From the NCBI GenBank assembly GCA_001821055.1, contig MHRT01000004.1:5548-69547 (forward strand): 64,000 nucleotides of DNA, in the 5' to 3' direction. The position numbers were made by a program, and so were the translations under genes. Below are positions 27,531-37,374 of this stretch, in pieces. The notes below the pieces were generated by a model. That model made no database searches. It was not told the origin of the DNA and worked only from the letters and a program-made list of their open reading frames with translations. This DNA comes from Candidatus Taylorbacteria bacterium RIFCSPHIGHO2_12_FULL_45_16. GTDB lineage: Bacteria; Patescibacteriota; Minisyncoccia; Phycocordibacterales; PALSA-1337. Position 1 is the first letter of the stretch; every line of letters begins with the position of its first letter.

Positions 27531-28646
27531 GGTTAGACCTGCGAGGTGGCCTTCCCAGGAGAATTTTTCTTTCAATAACTTCGTTCCACCGTCGGTGAGT
27601 TTCTTGCAAAGCGCGGCATCGGTGAACAGACGCTCTATGGCATTTGCCAATTCAGCGTCATTCCCCGGCCGGACGAGCAGTCCGGTTTTTTCATGGTACA
27701 CGGCTTCATTTGTTCCCGATATATCAGTGGCTATGACGGGGATTTGAGCGGCGAAACTAGTCAGAACTGTGTGAGGCAGGCCTTCGTAAGTTGAATTGAG
27801 AACGTACACTGAAGATTTTTTACGGATATGCCACGTTTCGGCGCGAGAAACTTTTCCCAGAAATGACACGGAATTGTCCATGCCAAGGTTGCGGGACAGT
27901 TTTTTCAAGCTGTCAGTTTCAGGACCATCTCCAGCAATGATTGTCCGAACGTCGGGGAACTTTTTGCGAACGATAGATGTCGCTCTGATGATGCCAGCAA
28001 CGCCTTTCCAGGCGACCAGACGAGCCGTGACGGCGATCTGATGGGGGATCGGAGGGGTCGGCTCGAACGGCAGGACTTCGGTTACCTCGGCGGCATTGTA
28101 GTTCACTGTTGTACGCTCCGGCCGCACGCCGTAGGTCTTGATGAGTTCTTGGCTTAGATATGCCGATGGAGTGGTCACGCAGGCGGCCCGGCGGAGCACC
28201 CAGCCCTGGACACGCATCATCATCCGGATCTTCCAATCGCCGTCCGGGCTTATTAAAAATTCTTCCAAACGCTTTTTTGTCAGACGTCTCTGGGTGGCTC
28301 GCTCCCAAGCTTCATCGCCGACAAACTTGAGGACTAATGGCTTGCGCCGGATCATGCAGGCGAGCGCGGCCGGCAATCCGGCGGCCATGGCATTCTGAAC
28401 ATATACGAGGTCAGCCCCGTGAGACGCTTTGAGTAAGGCAAAAAAATAAAGGACAAGACGAACGAGTAGCGGCTTCTGCTTGCTCACCTGAATCAACTGT
28501 GTGCCAGGCATGGCCATGCCTACATCTGTATACGCCACGACGATTATGGAATGGCTGTCACGTAGCCGCTCACAGAGCTCTTTCGTGTATGTCGCCGGTC
28601 CGCCGATCTCCGGAAGATAGATCGGAGTTGCGATGATGACTTTCAT
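27492..28646 (-). CDS. GT4 glycosyltransferase
   Basis: PEIGGPATY; LNSTYEGLPHTVL. Confidence 0.9.
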   Translation of the reverse strand: MKVIIATPIYLPEIGGPATYTKELCERLRDSHSIIVVAYTDVGMAMPGTQLIQVSKQKPLLVRLVLYFFALLKASHGADLVYVQNAMAAGLPAALACMIRRKPLVLKFVGDEAWERATQRRLTKKRLEEFLISPDGDWKIRMMMRVQGWVLRRAACVTTPSAYLSQELIKTYGVRPERTTVNYNAAEVTEVLPFEPTPPIPHQIAVTARLVAWKGVAGIIRATSIVRKKFPDVRTIIAGDGPETDSLKKLSRNLGMDNSVSFLGKVSRAETWHIRKKSSVYVLNSTYEGLPHTVLTSFAAQIPVIATDISGTNEAVYHEKTGLLVRPGNDAELANAIERLFTDAALCKKLTDGGTKLLKEKFSWEGHLAGLTSIFESVLAKPRN

Positions 28647-28693
28647 GCAAACAAAGTAACACAAAAAGATAAAATAGTGTACTATAAGATAGT

Positions 28694-29767
28694 ATGAAAA
28701 TCCTCATTGCTTCAGGGATATATCCACCAGATATCGGCGGTCCCGCCCAGTACGCCCGCAATCTCTATGAGACGTGGAAGAATGCAAAAGACGCGAACTC
28801 CCGGTCTCTCCACGAAGTCAAAGTCGCGGCCTATCGCTGGGAGCGAGCATTTCCGCCATTGGTCCGGCACCTGCTTTATTTTTTGAAAATAATCCGCAAG
28901 GGTTGGGATGCTGACTTAGTCTTGGTTTTGGATACTTGGTCGGCGGCTGTTCCGGCGATGTATGCTTGCAAGCTGATGCGCAAAAAATACATTGTTCGAA
29001 CAGGCGGCGATTTTCTCTGGGAGTCGTATGTCGAACGGACAGGGGATATGGTCTTGTTCAAAGATTTTTATGGAAACGATTCGGGCCCAAATAGTGCTGG
29101 GCAAAATTTCATGGGCAAATTATCCCGCAAAGAGCGTTCGGTCTTCAAATTGGGTGGCGCTTCATTGCGTAATGCGGCTGCTGTTGTATTCAGCACTGAT
29201 TGGCAACGCGGGATTTTCGAAAAAGCCTATAATTTGGACTCTGGGAAAAACGTCATTATCGAGAATTACTGCGGACCTCGCGAACCATTTATCGAACCGG
29301 AAAATCGCACTTTCGTAGCCGGCACCAGGCCGCTCAAGTGGAAGAATATCGATCTTCTCAAAGAGGCCTTCCTAGAGGCCCAGAATGAGGTTAAACGGCT
29401 CAATTTGCCCCCTGTAGAGCTTGATTGCGGCAAGGCCGTCTATGACAGCTTTGTGGAAAAAATCCACCGTTCTTACGCCGTTATCCTAGCTTCGCTCGGC
29501 GATATCAGTCCGAACATGATTTTCGATGCCATCCGTGCCGGCACTCCTTTCGTAGTCACAAAAGAGAATGGAGTCATGAACCGAATCAAAGATGCCGCAG
29601 TGCTTGTCGATCCAAAGAACAAGAAGGATATAGTCGACAAGATCGTCTGGTTGGCTGATCCGAAGAACCGCGCGGAGCAGGCCAGGAAAGTTCAGGCGGT
29701 CCGATTCACGCATTCATGGGAGCAGATTGCGGAGGAGATTGTCAGAGTAGCCACGAAAAATAAATAA
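28694..29767 (+). CDS. GT4-like glycosyltransferase
   Basis: YPPDIGGPAQY; SLGDISPNMIFDAIRAG. Confidence 0.82.
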   Translation: MKILIASGIYPPDIGGPAQYARNLYETWKNAKDANSRSLHEVKVAAYRWERAFPPLVRHLLYFLKIIRKGWDADLVLVLDTWSAAVPAMYACKLMRKKYIVRTGGDFLWESYVERTGDMVLFKDFYGNDSGPNSAGQNFMGKLSRKERSVFKLGGASLRNAAAVVFSTDWQRGIFEKAYNLDSGKNVIIENYCGPREPFIEPENRTFVAGTRPLKWKNIDLLKEAFLEAQNEVKRLNLPPVELDCGKAVYDSFVEKIHRSYAVILASLGDISPNMIFDAIRAGTPFVVTKENGVMNRIKDAAVLVDPKNKKDIVDKIVWLADPKNRAEQARKVQAVRFTHSWEQIAEEIVRVATKNK

Positions 29768-29768
29768 C

Positions 29769-30788
29769 ATGAAGCTGTTGATGATTTCCACAGACCGCAA
29801 GATCTTCGAAGAGGGAAGCGCGGTGCGTGTCCGACAAATCGAGTATGCCAAAGAGTATGAGGAAGTTCATATCATTGTTTTCGCCAAAAAGTCCAAAGTT
29901 CAAAGCCTAAAGTCAGAAACAGTCATCGCCTCGAATTGCTGGGCGTACTCGACGAATTCGCCGTCTAAGTTTTTTTATTCGTTTAATGCAACTAGTCTAG
30001 GGCGATTCATCATCTCCAAAAGAGGAATCACGAGCATCACTTGCCAAGATCCATTCCTGACGGCGATGTCCGGAGTGGCGCTCAAAAGGGAGTTCAGTTT
30101 GCCGCTTGAAATTCAATTGCATACTGACATTGGCAGTCCGAATTTTGGTTATACCACTTCCAACAAAATCCGGAAAATTTTGGCCCTCTCATATCTTCTC
30201 AAGGCCGATACAATTAGGGTTGTTTCAAACAAGATCAAGGATTATTTGACGAGCTCGCTTGGAATCGATGCGGCGAAAATTACTGTCAGACCGATCGCGG
30301 TTGACATCGAAAAGATCAAAAACGCGCAGATAATCGAAGGTGCCGATCTGCGTAAAAAATATTCGCGGTTTGAGAAGATCGTTCTGATGGCTTCGCGATT
30401 GGAAAAGGAAAAGAATGTGGGACTTGCGATCCGTGCGTGGGCCGGGGTGATTGAAACGATGCCGAAAGCCGGGCTGGTAATAGTTGGATCGGGTAGCGAG
30501 GATGGACGGCTCAAAAAAATGGTTGCAAAATTGAATCTCGCTAATTCAATAGCATTTGAAGATTGGACTGACAGAGATAGGCTAATTTCCTATTACAAAA
30601 CAGCTGATATTTTTCTGAACACTTCTTTGTTCGAGGGCTACGGGATGACGCTGATCGAGGCCCAAGCGGCTGGATGTAAGATGGTTTCGACCGATGTTGG
30701 AGTGGCTAGGGAAGTCGGGGCGGCTATCATACCTTGGTATGATTCGAATAGAGCTTCGGAAATAATCGCATTGCATTTATCCTCATAA
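29769..30788 (+). CDS. GT4 glycosyltransferase
   Basis: SRLEKEKN; TSLFEGYGMTLIEA. Confidence 0.9.
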   Translation: MKLLMISTDRKIFEEGSAVRVRQIEYAKEYEEVHIIVFAKKSKVQSLKSETVIASNCWAYSTNSPSKFFYSFNATSLGRFIISKRGITSITCQDPFLTAMSGVALKREFSLPLEIQLHTDIGSPNFGYTTSNKIRKILALSYLLKADTIRVVSNKIKDYLTSSLGIDAAKITVRPIAVDIEKIKNAQIIEGADLRKKYSRFEKIVLMASRLEKEKNVGLAIRAWAGVIETMPKAGLVIVGSGSEDGRLKKMVAKLNLANSIAFEDWTDRDRLISYYKTADIFLNTSLFEGYGMTLIEAQAAGCKMVSTDVGVAREVGAAIIPWYDSNRASEIIALHLSS

Positions 30789-30806
30789 ACTGTAAACTCA
30801 TATCCT

Positions 30807-31868
30807 ATGAGACTTCTCATCTGCACACAGGTCATCGACAAGACTGATTCATCCCTAGGTTTCTTCCAGAAATGGGTTTCGTCGATGTCTCCAAAGTTCG
30901 AGAGCATAACTGTCATAGCTCTCAAGGTAGGAGTTTATACACTGCCAGGAAATGTGCAGGTGCATTCACTCGGGAAGGAGTCCTCCACCGGGAAGGGGCG
31001 GATAGCGAATAGGGCACGCTACGTCCTACGCTTCTATCGCTTTGCCTGGGGTATGCGCAAGGAATATGATGCAGTCTTCGTCCATATGAACCAGGAATAT
31101 GTTCTGCTCGGGGGGTTGATGTGGAAACTGCTCAGGAAGAAGATATACATGTGGAGGAACCACTACAAGGGCAACGTTGTCACGGATATTGCTGCTACTT
31201 TCTGCTACAAGGTGTTCTGTACCTCCATGTTCTCGTATACAGCGAAATATAAAAAGACAGTTCTCATGCCAGTAGGTGTGGATGAGGATTCGCGAAGGAT
31301 GGAGGAGCCAGTTGAGCGCACTCCGCGCTCAATCCTGTTCTTGGGGAGGTTGGATGCCTCGAAGCGTCCCGATGTTCTAATTGATGCCCTCGGAATCCTG
31401 GCCGGCAAAGGAATCGCCTTCAGCGCCTCGTTCGTGGGTGGTGCGTCGAAGACGGACTCCTCATACCCCGATCAGCTACGCACCCAAGTTAACCGGTTGG
31501 GTATAGATGATAAGGTCAAATTCATCGGTGCAGTACCGAACACAGAAACATTTCGCTATTACCGTTCGCATGTTATCTTCGTAAATTGCAGTAAGAGTGG
31601 CATGTTCGACAAGACTATATTCAAGGCGGTCGCGTGCGGATGTCTGGTGCTGGTCACGAGCCGAGACTTTGCCAATCTCGTCGGACCAGACTTTATTTTT
31701 CCCGATGGGGACTCAAACGCGCTCGCGGAGCTTCTCACATATTTTCTGGCAATCGATCTTGCTGAGCGGTCACGTCTTATCAATAGGCTCATGGATTGCA
31801 TGAAATGTCATAGTTTACCAGTGCTCGTAAATCGACTCGCTGAAGAAATCATTATGCCACACCGATGA
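30807..31868 (+). CDS. GT4 glycosyltransferase
   Basis: LFLGRLDASKR; SGMFDKTIFKAVACG. Confidence 0.88.
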   Translation: MRLLICTQVIDKTDSSLGFFQKWVSSMSPKFESITVIALKVGVYTLPGNVQVHSLGKESSTGKGRIANRARYVLRFYRFAWGMRKEYDAVFVHMNQEYVLLGGLMWKLLRKKIYMWRNHYKGNVVTDIAATFCYKVFCTSMFSYTAKYKKTVLMPVGVDEDSRRMEEPVERTPRSILFLGRLDASKRPDVLIDALGILAGKGIAFSASFVGGASKTDSSYPDQLRTQVNRLGIDDKVKFIGAVPNTETFRYYRSHVIFVNCSKSGMFDKTIFKAVACGCLVLVTSRDFANLVGPDFIFPDGDSNALAELLTYFLAIDLAERSRLINRLMDCMKCHSLPVLVNRLAEEIIMPHR

Positions 31869-32317
31869 TTCAAACTTTTTCAACAACAAGCAGAAAGGCG
31901 TTTGAAGTCGTTAACAGGTATCTGATAGTCAGATACGCGATTTCTGGCAGCCTGTCTTCTGCTATAGATATTCTGGTCTTTTCCTTCATGATGGAGATAT
32001 CCCATCTGCATTATGCGATCGCGGCCGTAATCTCCGTCACGATATCTTTCTTTGCAAGATTCTATCTGCAAAAAACATTTGCGTTCAAGAATAGAACTTT
32101 GGATGTACATAGGCAGATCATGATGTACGGGGTCCTATATATATTTAGCATCATCATGACGATATTTTTTCTCTATATATTTATTGATATGCTCCATCTG
32201 TGGTATATGTTTGCGCAGATATTGACGATTGGTATAGTTGCTACCTTTTGTTTCTTTATTTATAGGCATGTCATTTTCAGACCAAGATTGTCGAATGACA
32301 TTGGGATGTCTAGATAA
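31865..32317 (+). CDS. GtrA-family membrane protein
   Basis: Four TM segments, RYAISG and QKTFAF pattern. Confidence 0.82.
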   Translation: MIQTFSTTSRKAFEVVNRYLIVRYAISGSLSSAIDILVFSFMMEISHLHYAIAAVISVTISFFARFYLQKTFAFKNRTLDVHRQIMMYGVLYIFSIIMTIFFLYIFIDMLHLWYMFAQILTIGIVATFCFFIYRHVIFRPRLSNDIGMSR

Positions 32318-32325
32318 CAAAAAAT

Positions 32326-32955
32326 ATGTACATAAAAGTTGCTAAAAAAATGATAAAAGGCCAGACTATCCTTAGAATCATGATGAATTATGGTTTAGTG
32401 AGATATAATATTCACGGCAAAGTGGTTGATATTGGGGGCGGAAGATCCCCTGATTATTTTAGTTACATGAAAGTTGCGCCGGAAACGGTCATAGTCACAA
32501 TCGATGGGTCTATAAATGGTATTGATTTAGAAAAAGATTTCTTGCCAGAAGCTGATAGTCAAACTGATTTTGCAGTCTGTTGCAATGTGTTGGAGCATAT
32601 TTACAATTACATGTTTCTTATTGGAGAGATTAAAAGAATTTTGAAGCCAGGCGGACAACTCATTGGTTTCGTGCCTTTTTTTATAAATTATCATCCTGAT
32701 CCGCATGATTATTTCAGATATACCAATGAGGCCCTCAAAAAAATTCTCGAAGGTTTCAAGGGAATTGAGATTAGGGAAGTGGGAGTTGGTCCAATGTGTG
32801 TTGGTCTCAACAATATCATTCTTTATTTTCCTGTTTTTTTAAGACCAGTCCCGTTTTTTTTCTGCTACTTTATCGATAAGCTTTGGCTAAAATTGAGACC
32901 GGATATAACCTCCAGATATCCGTTGGGGTATGTATTTTCCGCTTTTAAGAGTTGA
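32326..32955 (+). CDS. Class I SAM methyltransferase
   Basis: VVDIGGG, NVLEHI, LKPGG, HPDPHDYFRYT. Confidence 0.88.
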   Translation: MYIKVAKKMIKGQTILRIMMNYGLVRYNIHGKVVDIGGGRSPDYFSYMKVAPETVIVTIDGSINGIDLEKDFLPEADSQTDFAVCCNVLEHIYNYMFLIGEIKRILKPGGQLIGFVPFFINYHPDPHDYFRYTNEALKKILEGFKGIEIREVGVGPMCVGLNNIILYFPVFLRPVPFFFCYFIDKLWLKLRPDITSRYPLGYVFSAFKS

Positions 32956-32960
32956 TCCAT

Positions 32961-34793
32961 ATGAAACTTATCTATCTGAATGCCAAAAAATATCCTGGAA
33001 ATACGGCGGACCATCATTATGTTCGCAATCTTGCCTATGCTTTTCAGAAAAGATTAGGAGAAAATTTTACTTTTGTTTCATTAAATACAGAAAAAGACGC
33101 CTTACCGAACATTTCCCTTGCGAGTGTTTTTATTCCATTTTTTTTAAAAAAGACATTAGTCTTTTTCTTTTGGTTACCGTGGTTTTATATGAGAAAAGTT
33201 GGACCACATAAACTACCAAATGAACTGGTGGTATTTTTCAGTAATGACCTCAATCTTCTCACCCTTGTTATTTTTTGGAAGACTGTCCTTTCTCTCCATA
33301 TAAAAATTGTTGCTGATTGGCATCATCTCACACATTCTTGGAAAGATCGTTTTGTCTCAGCTCATGTTGATTATTCGATTACCACCTCACATAAGCTTGC
33401 GAATATCCTTCAGACTATTTCACCCCTAACTCCAGCGCATACTGTCTATGGCGGTGTTGATCTTGATAATTATGATGGACAAGGTGACGTTGTAGGTTTG
33501 CGCAGAGATCTCGAGCTTCCAGAGCAGTCTTTTCTCATCGGCTATGTAGGTTTGTTTACTACCATGGGCATGGAAAAGGGTATATCCATGATGATTGGTG
33601 CGCTTGCCAAACTCACCCCAAACTTTTCAATGGTATTCGTTGGAGGGAATCCAACAGAAATCGAATTCTACAAGAAGGAAGCTCTTGCACTCAATGTCTC
33701 CGAGAGGTGTATTTTCCTTCCCATTCAACCATTTTCGAATGTAGTGAAGTACGAAAAAGCCATGGATGTACTGGTGATTCCGTACCCAGATAAGCCACAT
33801 TTTAGAAATTATGGTTTTCCCATGAAGATATACGAATATATGGCAAGTGGTGTTCCTGTGGTCTACACCAAGCTTGATCTTATAGAGGAAGTTGTGAGTG
33901 ATTGTGCTTATGGCATCCCGCCTGACTCATCGGATGAGCTCGCGCAGGTACTTCTAAATATACGTAAAGATTCCAAAACGGCAGGAAAACTCGCGAAAAA
34001 ATCTCTCGAAAAAGTCAAAAGCCTCGGTTGGGATGATAAAGCCAGAAATATTCTCGGTGTATTTGATATAATTCCAGGCATGCTCACTATTCCGCGTGCC
34101 GCTCTCAAGTACATCCTTTTTCAGAGAACAGATTTTTCCATATACACCCGCTTGCGATGGTCTCTGCGTATAGTGATGAATAAACGTATTCCAATTTATA
34201 ACTTGGCAGTCAAACTAGAAGCACTCTTTCTTCCTCGAAGGACCAGGAAACTTTTCTCTCTTGATATGGGACGCGAATACTCCCTTGTAAAAAAATACTT
34301 ACCTGCCAATCCAAGTAATATTTTAGACATCGGTTGCGGAGTAGCCGGAATAGATGTCATGTTTCATAAGCACTACATTGCTTTGAATAGTGATCCACAC
34401 TTTTATCTTCTGGATAAGAGCATAATAAACTCCAAAGTTTATTATGGTATTGAAAAAGAAGCGGCTTACTATAATTCTCTGGACATTGCCAAGCGACTCC
34501 TTATGGCAAATGGAGTAAAAGAATCACACATCCACACCCAGGAAGTTACGGAAGCCCCTCTGTTTCCCGGTATGAAGTTTGATCTTGTTATTTCCCTTAT
34601 TTCATGGGGTTTCCATTATCCCATAAGTGCTTATCTCGATTACACATATGGGGCACTCACTTCAGGTGGGACTCTTATTGTAGATGTGCGCAAGGGAACG
34701 GAAGGTGAAGCTTTGCTTGAGAAAAAGTTTGGCTCGCTGAAGATTATTTCTGAAGCGCAGAAATATCGTCGGATTTTGGTTTCTAAAATGTAA
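32961..34793 (+). CDS. GT4 glycosyltransferase fused to a C-terminal SAM methyltransferase
   Basis: FPMKIYEYMASG then ILDIGCGVAG and FDLVISLISWGFHY in one ORF. Confidence 0.85.
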   Translation: MKLIYLNAKKYPGNTADHHYVRNLAYAFQKRLGENFTFVSLNTEKDALPNISLASVFIPFFLKKTLVFFFWLPWFYMRKVGPHKLPNELVVFFSNDLNLLTLVIFWKTVLSLHIKIVADWHHLTHSWKDRFVSAHVDYSITTSHKLANILQTISPLTPAHTVYGGVDLDNYDGQGDVVGLRRDLELPEQSFLIGYVGLFTTMGMEKGISMMIGALAKLTPNFSMVFVGGNPTEIEFYKKEALALNVSERCIFLPIQPFSNVVKYEKAMDVLVIPYPDKPHFRNYGFPMKIYEYMASGVPVVYTKLDLIEEVVSDCAYGIPPDSSDELAQVLLNIRKDSKTAGKLAKKSLEKVKSLGWDDKARNILGVFDIIPGMLTIPRAALKYILFQRTDFSIYTRLRWSLRIVMNKRIPIYNLAVKLEALFLPRRTRKLFSLDMGREYSLVKKYLPANPSNILDIGCGVAGIDVMFHKHYIALNSDPHFYLLDKSIINSKVYYGIEKEAAYYNSLDIAKRLLMANGVKESHIHTQEVTEAPLFPGMKFDLVISLISWGFHYPISAYLDYTYGALTSGGTLIVDVRKGTEGEALLEKKFGSLKIISEAQKYRRILVSKM

Positions 34794-34814
34794 ATTATAT
34801 AGGAGAGATAGATC

Positions 34815-35975
34815 ATGCAAAGAAAAATTATTTACATAAGTCACTGGCGTTTTCCTTCAGAGAAGACCATGACTCCTCTTATCATGAAAACCTGCGAGGG
34901 TTTTATACGGGAAGGATTTTCAGTTGAGCTTTGGATTCCCAAAAGACCCTCAGGATTTGCCGGGGTTGATCCTTTTATTAAACACGGTATTCAAAAAAGA
35001 TTTCCAATTTACGCTTTGTCTTCGATTGGTTCGATAAATAAGTTTGGGAAGTTGGGGTTTATTTTGATGGCATTCACCTTTAATTTGTCAGTGTCTGCTC
35101 GTCTTCTTAGAGAACGAAAAAATAATACCTCTTTGATACTTTATGGACATGACATCCGTGATTTTATCGTGCCCTCATTTCTCAAATTGCCGCTTTTCAT
35201 TGAAATTCATGATTTCTATGAAAGCAGTTTTAATTTTATAAATAGATTAGTACTTAAAAAAACTTCCGGTCTAATCGTTACTAATACATTCAAACAAAAA
35301 GCCATTGAGAGTCGGTACGGATTTCCGCTGGATAGAATGATTTGTCAGCCAAACGCGGTTTCATTCGAGATGTTTGACATTCCCGTCTCTAGGCAGCAAG
35401 CCCGCGAGAAATTGAGTTTTCCATCTGGTATTAAGATAGTTCTTTACACTGGACATCTTTTCTCGTGGAAAGGAGTATATACACTTGCGGAATCGGCTTC
35501 TTACTTGTCTTCAGACACATACATTTATTTCGTCGGAGGAACAAAAGAAGACCGGAAAGCGCTTGAGGGATTTGTCACAGCCAAAAAACTTCCACGGATA
35601 GTTTTTTTGGAACATCAGGAACACGTCAATATCCCGTTTTTTCAAAAAGCAGCCGATATTCTAGTTCTGCCGAATACGGCCAAAGAAGTCGCCTCAAAAT
35701 ATGAAACCTCACCCGTAAAACTTTTTGAGTATATGGCTAGCGGTGTTCCAATTGTCGCTTCGGATGTCCCTTCAATTCGTGAGATTGTCTCTGATAAAGA
35801 GGTGTTCTTCTTTATCCCTGATGACCCTCAAAATCTGGCCAAAGTGATTCGGAATGCGATGAACGATGAAAGAGCAGTAGAAAACCGTTCCCGTGCGTCC
35901 AAGGTCTTGGCACGAACACATAGCTGGCCATCTCGCGCGCAAGCCATAACGGCCCTAATAAAAAAATGTACATAA
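34815..35975 (+). CDS. GT4 glycosyltransferase
   Basis: YTGHLFSWKG; TSPVKLFEYMASG. Confidence 0.9.
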   Translation: MQRKIIYISHWRFPSEKTMTPLIMKTCEGFIREGFSVELWIPKRPSGFAGVDPFIKHGIQKRFPIYALSSIGSINKFGKLGFILMAFTFNLSVSARLLRERKNNTSLILYGHDIRDFIVPSFLKLPLFIEIHDFYESSFNFINRLVLKKTSGLIVTNTFKQKAIESRYGFPLDRMICQPNAVSFEMFDIPVSRQQAREKLSFPSGIKIVLYTGHLFSWKGVYTLAESASYLSSDTYIYFVGGTKEDRKALEGFVTAKKLPRIVFLEHQEHVNIPFFQKAADILVLPNTAKEVASKYETSPVKLFEYMASGVPIVASDVPSIREIVSDKEVFFFIPDDPQNLAKVIRNAMNDERAVENRSRASKVLARTHSWPSRAQAITALIKKCT

Positions 35976-37372
35976 CTTTTACTGGTAATAAAATAAAAGA
36001 GTTTTGGAAGAAATATAAAATATTTATACTTATTTTTTTTATTGCCCTCTGCGCTCGGGTTTTTCTTTTTTCCGTCAACCTTAATCATACTGGCTATGAC
36101 CTTGTAGGGGCTATCCATGCCGATGACGGCTATTATGAGATCAGCCAAGGTCTTATACAAGGTCACGGTTTTAGCGGTTCGACAGCCTTGCCTTTTAAGC
36201 CTGATTCACTCAGGCCCCCAGTATGGATATTTATCATTGCTTTTTTAGCCAAAATTTTCGGGAGTTACTGGTCAGTGTTCGTACTCGAGCTTCTCATAGG
36301 AAGCTCCATCCCAATTCTAGGTATGCTTATTGCACGAAAGATTACTTCAAAAAAAGCCGTCTGGATTGGAACAGGCATACTCTTATCAGTTGAGCCTTAT
36401 GGAGTTCTCCTATCTTCTCTTTTGTATTCGGAGACCATGTTCACATTTCTTTTTCTAATCTTCTTTATTTTTCTCATAAGATACTTTGAAAATAAAAGTT
36501 TAAGAAATCTAGTTTGGATGACAGTTTTTTTGGGTTTAGCGACTTTAGTGAAACCAACTGTTCAATATATACCTATTATCTTAGTTCTCGTAATGCTTTT
36601 TGAAGCTCGAAATAATCTTACGAAACAGGTTGTGGGTCACGCGATAATCTCTCTCGGACTTTTTTGTCTTGTCATCGCGCCATGGATATACAGAAATCAC
36701 AGAGAATTTGGTGTATTCGGCATGAGTGCCCAACCAGCTTTCAATTTGTACGTTTATCTCGTACCGACTGTACTTTCATATGACAATCACACAAGTTTCA
36801 AAACAGAAGTGGATATTCTGCTTAAAAAGGACAATTTAGACGTCAATAGTATTACTCTCTCTAATGGCGACTATTACCAAGCTCAAGCTCTGGCCGTCCT
36901 TAAAAACCACAAAGTGGCGCTTATTAAATCAATTGGGACGACTCTCGTTACCTTCTTTACTCATGATGGGATGCTGACGGTTTTTCAAAATGCTGGGGTA
37001 GTGATTCCCGTTACAATCAGCAAACCAGCTTTGGTGCTTTTGCTTTCAGATCCGACCTCATTTATGAAGACCATCGAGTTATATGTCCAAGGGCCGGGGT
37101 CAGTGATCTTACTGGTCAGGTGTTTATGGATACTTATTACTGTTCTATTTTTTATAGGAGTAGTTTTATATCTTAAAAAAGAAAAAATCAATACGCTGAT
37201 TCTAATGGCTTTATTTTTAGTGGTCTATTTTGCTTTGACGACTTCTATTAATGGTTTAGGAGTTAATGCTAGATTTAGAGTGCCGGTCAACACCTTTATT
37301 TTCACTTTTGCTCTCTATGGACTTTTCTCTCTAAAAAAGGATAAGATGCTGTCATTACCTGAAAAAAGATAG
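35966..37372 (+). CDS. GT-C (ArnT/PMT-like) membrane glycosyltransferase
   Basis: DDGYY loop, RPP, SETMF, PWIYRN, ARFRVP; about 11 TM. Confidence 0.82.
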   Translation: MYITFTGNKIKEFWKKYKIFILIFFIALCARVFLFSVNLNHTGYDLVGAIHADDGYYEISQGLIQGHGFSGSTALPFKPDSLRPPVWIFIIAFLAKIFGSYWSVFVLELLIGSSIPILGMLIARKITSKKAVWIGTGILLSVEPYGVLLSSLLYSETMFTFLFLIFFIFLIRYFENKSLRNLVWMTVFLGLATLVKPTVQYIPIILVLVMLFEARNNLTKQVVGHAIISLGLFCLVIAPWIYRNHREFGVFGMSAQPAFNLYVYLVPTVLSYDNHTSFKTEVDILLKKDNLDVNSITLSNGDYYQAQALAVLKNHKVALIKSIGTTLVTFFTHDGMLTVFQNAGVVIPVTISKPALVLLLSDPTSFMKTIELYVQGPGSVILLVRCLWILITVLFFIGVVLYLKKEKINTLILMALFLVVYFALTTSINGLGVNARFRVPVNTFIFTFALYGLFSLKKDKMLSLPEKR

Positions 37373-37374
37373 TT

